DNA of 64,000 bases from Narcine bancroftii (lineage: Eukaryota). The position numbers were made by a program, and so were the translations under genes. Each line of letters begins with the position of its first letter. The first letter of the stretch is position 1. Where the stretch lies: contig NC_091471.1 of NCBI RefSeq assembly GCF_036971445.1, positions 159,650,001 to 159,714,000 of the forward strand, given 5' to 3'. Positions 63,701 to 64,000 of this stretch are shown one piece after another. Below the pieces are notes generated by a model. It searched no databases, was not told the DNA's origin, and was given only the letters and a program-made list of their open reading frames with translations.

Positions 63701-64000
63701 ATCATATACTTTTTATTGTCATGCAATAAAACCGAAATGTAATATGCCTATTGTCTGCCACTGAAGCAGTCAAAGATTTTCTGTTAGCATTGCCCAGCAC
63801 CCCTTACAGTCAGAGAAAGAGATGCAAAAGAGAGTTCCCCAGAGCCACCGTCTGTGGATTTGTCTGCAGTGCTCTCACAGCCTCTGCAGTCACACAATAG
63901 TCCAGTTCAGTTCATGACATCAGTAACCCATGCCCATATCTAAATCACCGACACGATGAGGAAGCCCACAGCGCCCAGGGCCCTTCAGGAGCCTTCCTTG

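Overview
Eukaryotic (vertebrate) genomic DNA; the repeat families suggest a cartilaginous fish, which is inference. The minus strand carries the CpG-island promoter and coding exons 1-8 of RAP1GDS1 (SmgGDS), all with canonical GT-AG phase-1 junctions; exon 9 onward was not found and presumably lies left of the window. The introns are filled with retroelements. Intron 8 holds a four-level nest: an RTE LINE inside a full-length L1, inside a two-LTR class III (ERV-S/L-like) provirus, inside a CR1. The provirus has a tRNA-Ser PBS, a 5-bp TSD, an in-frame gag-TGA-pro junction followed by a stem-loop, and an env remnant with no ATG of its own that appears to be reached by splicing from the first 7 gag codons. 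Intron 6 holds an old Gypsy element containing an internally deleted L1 and two apparently locally templated insertions. Intron 5 holds a 2.5-kb GC-rich minisatellite whose block-wide variants are all AT-to-GC relative to its inferred seed unit. All calls come from reading the sequence; no database search was run.
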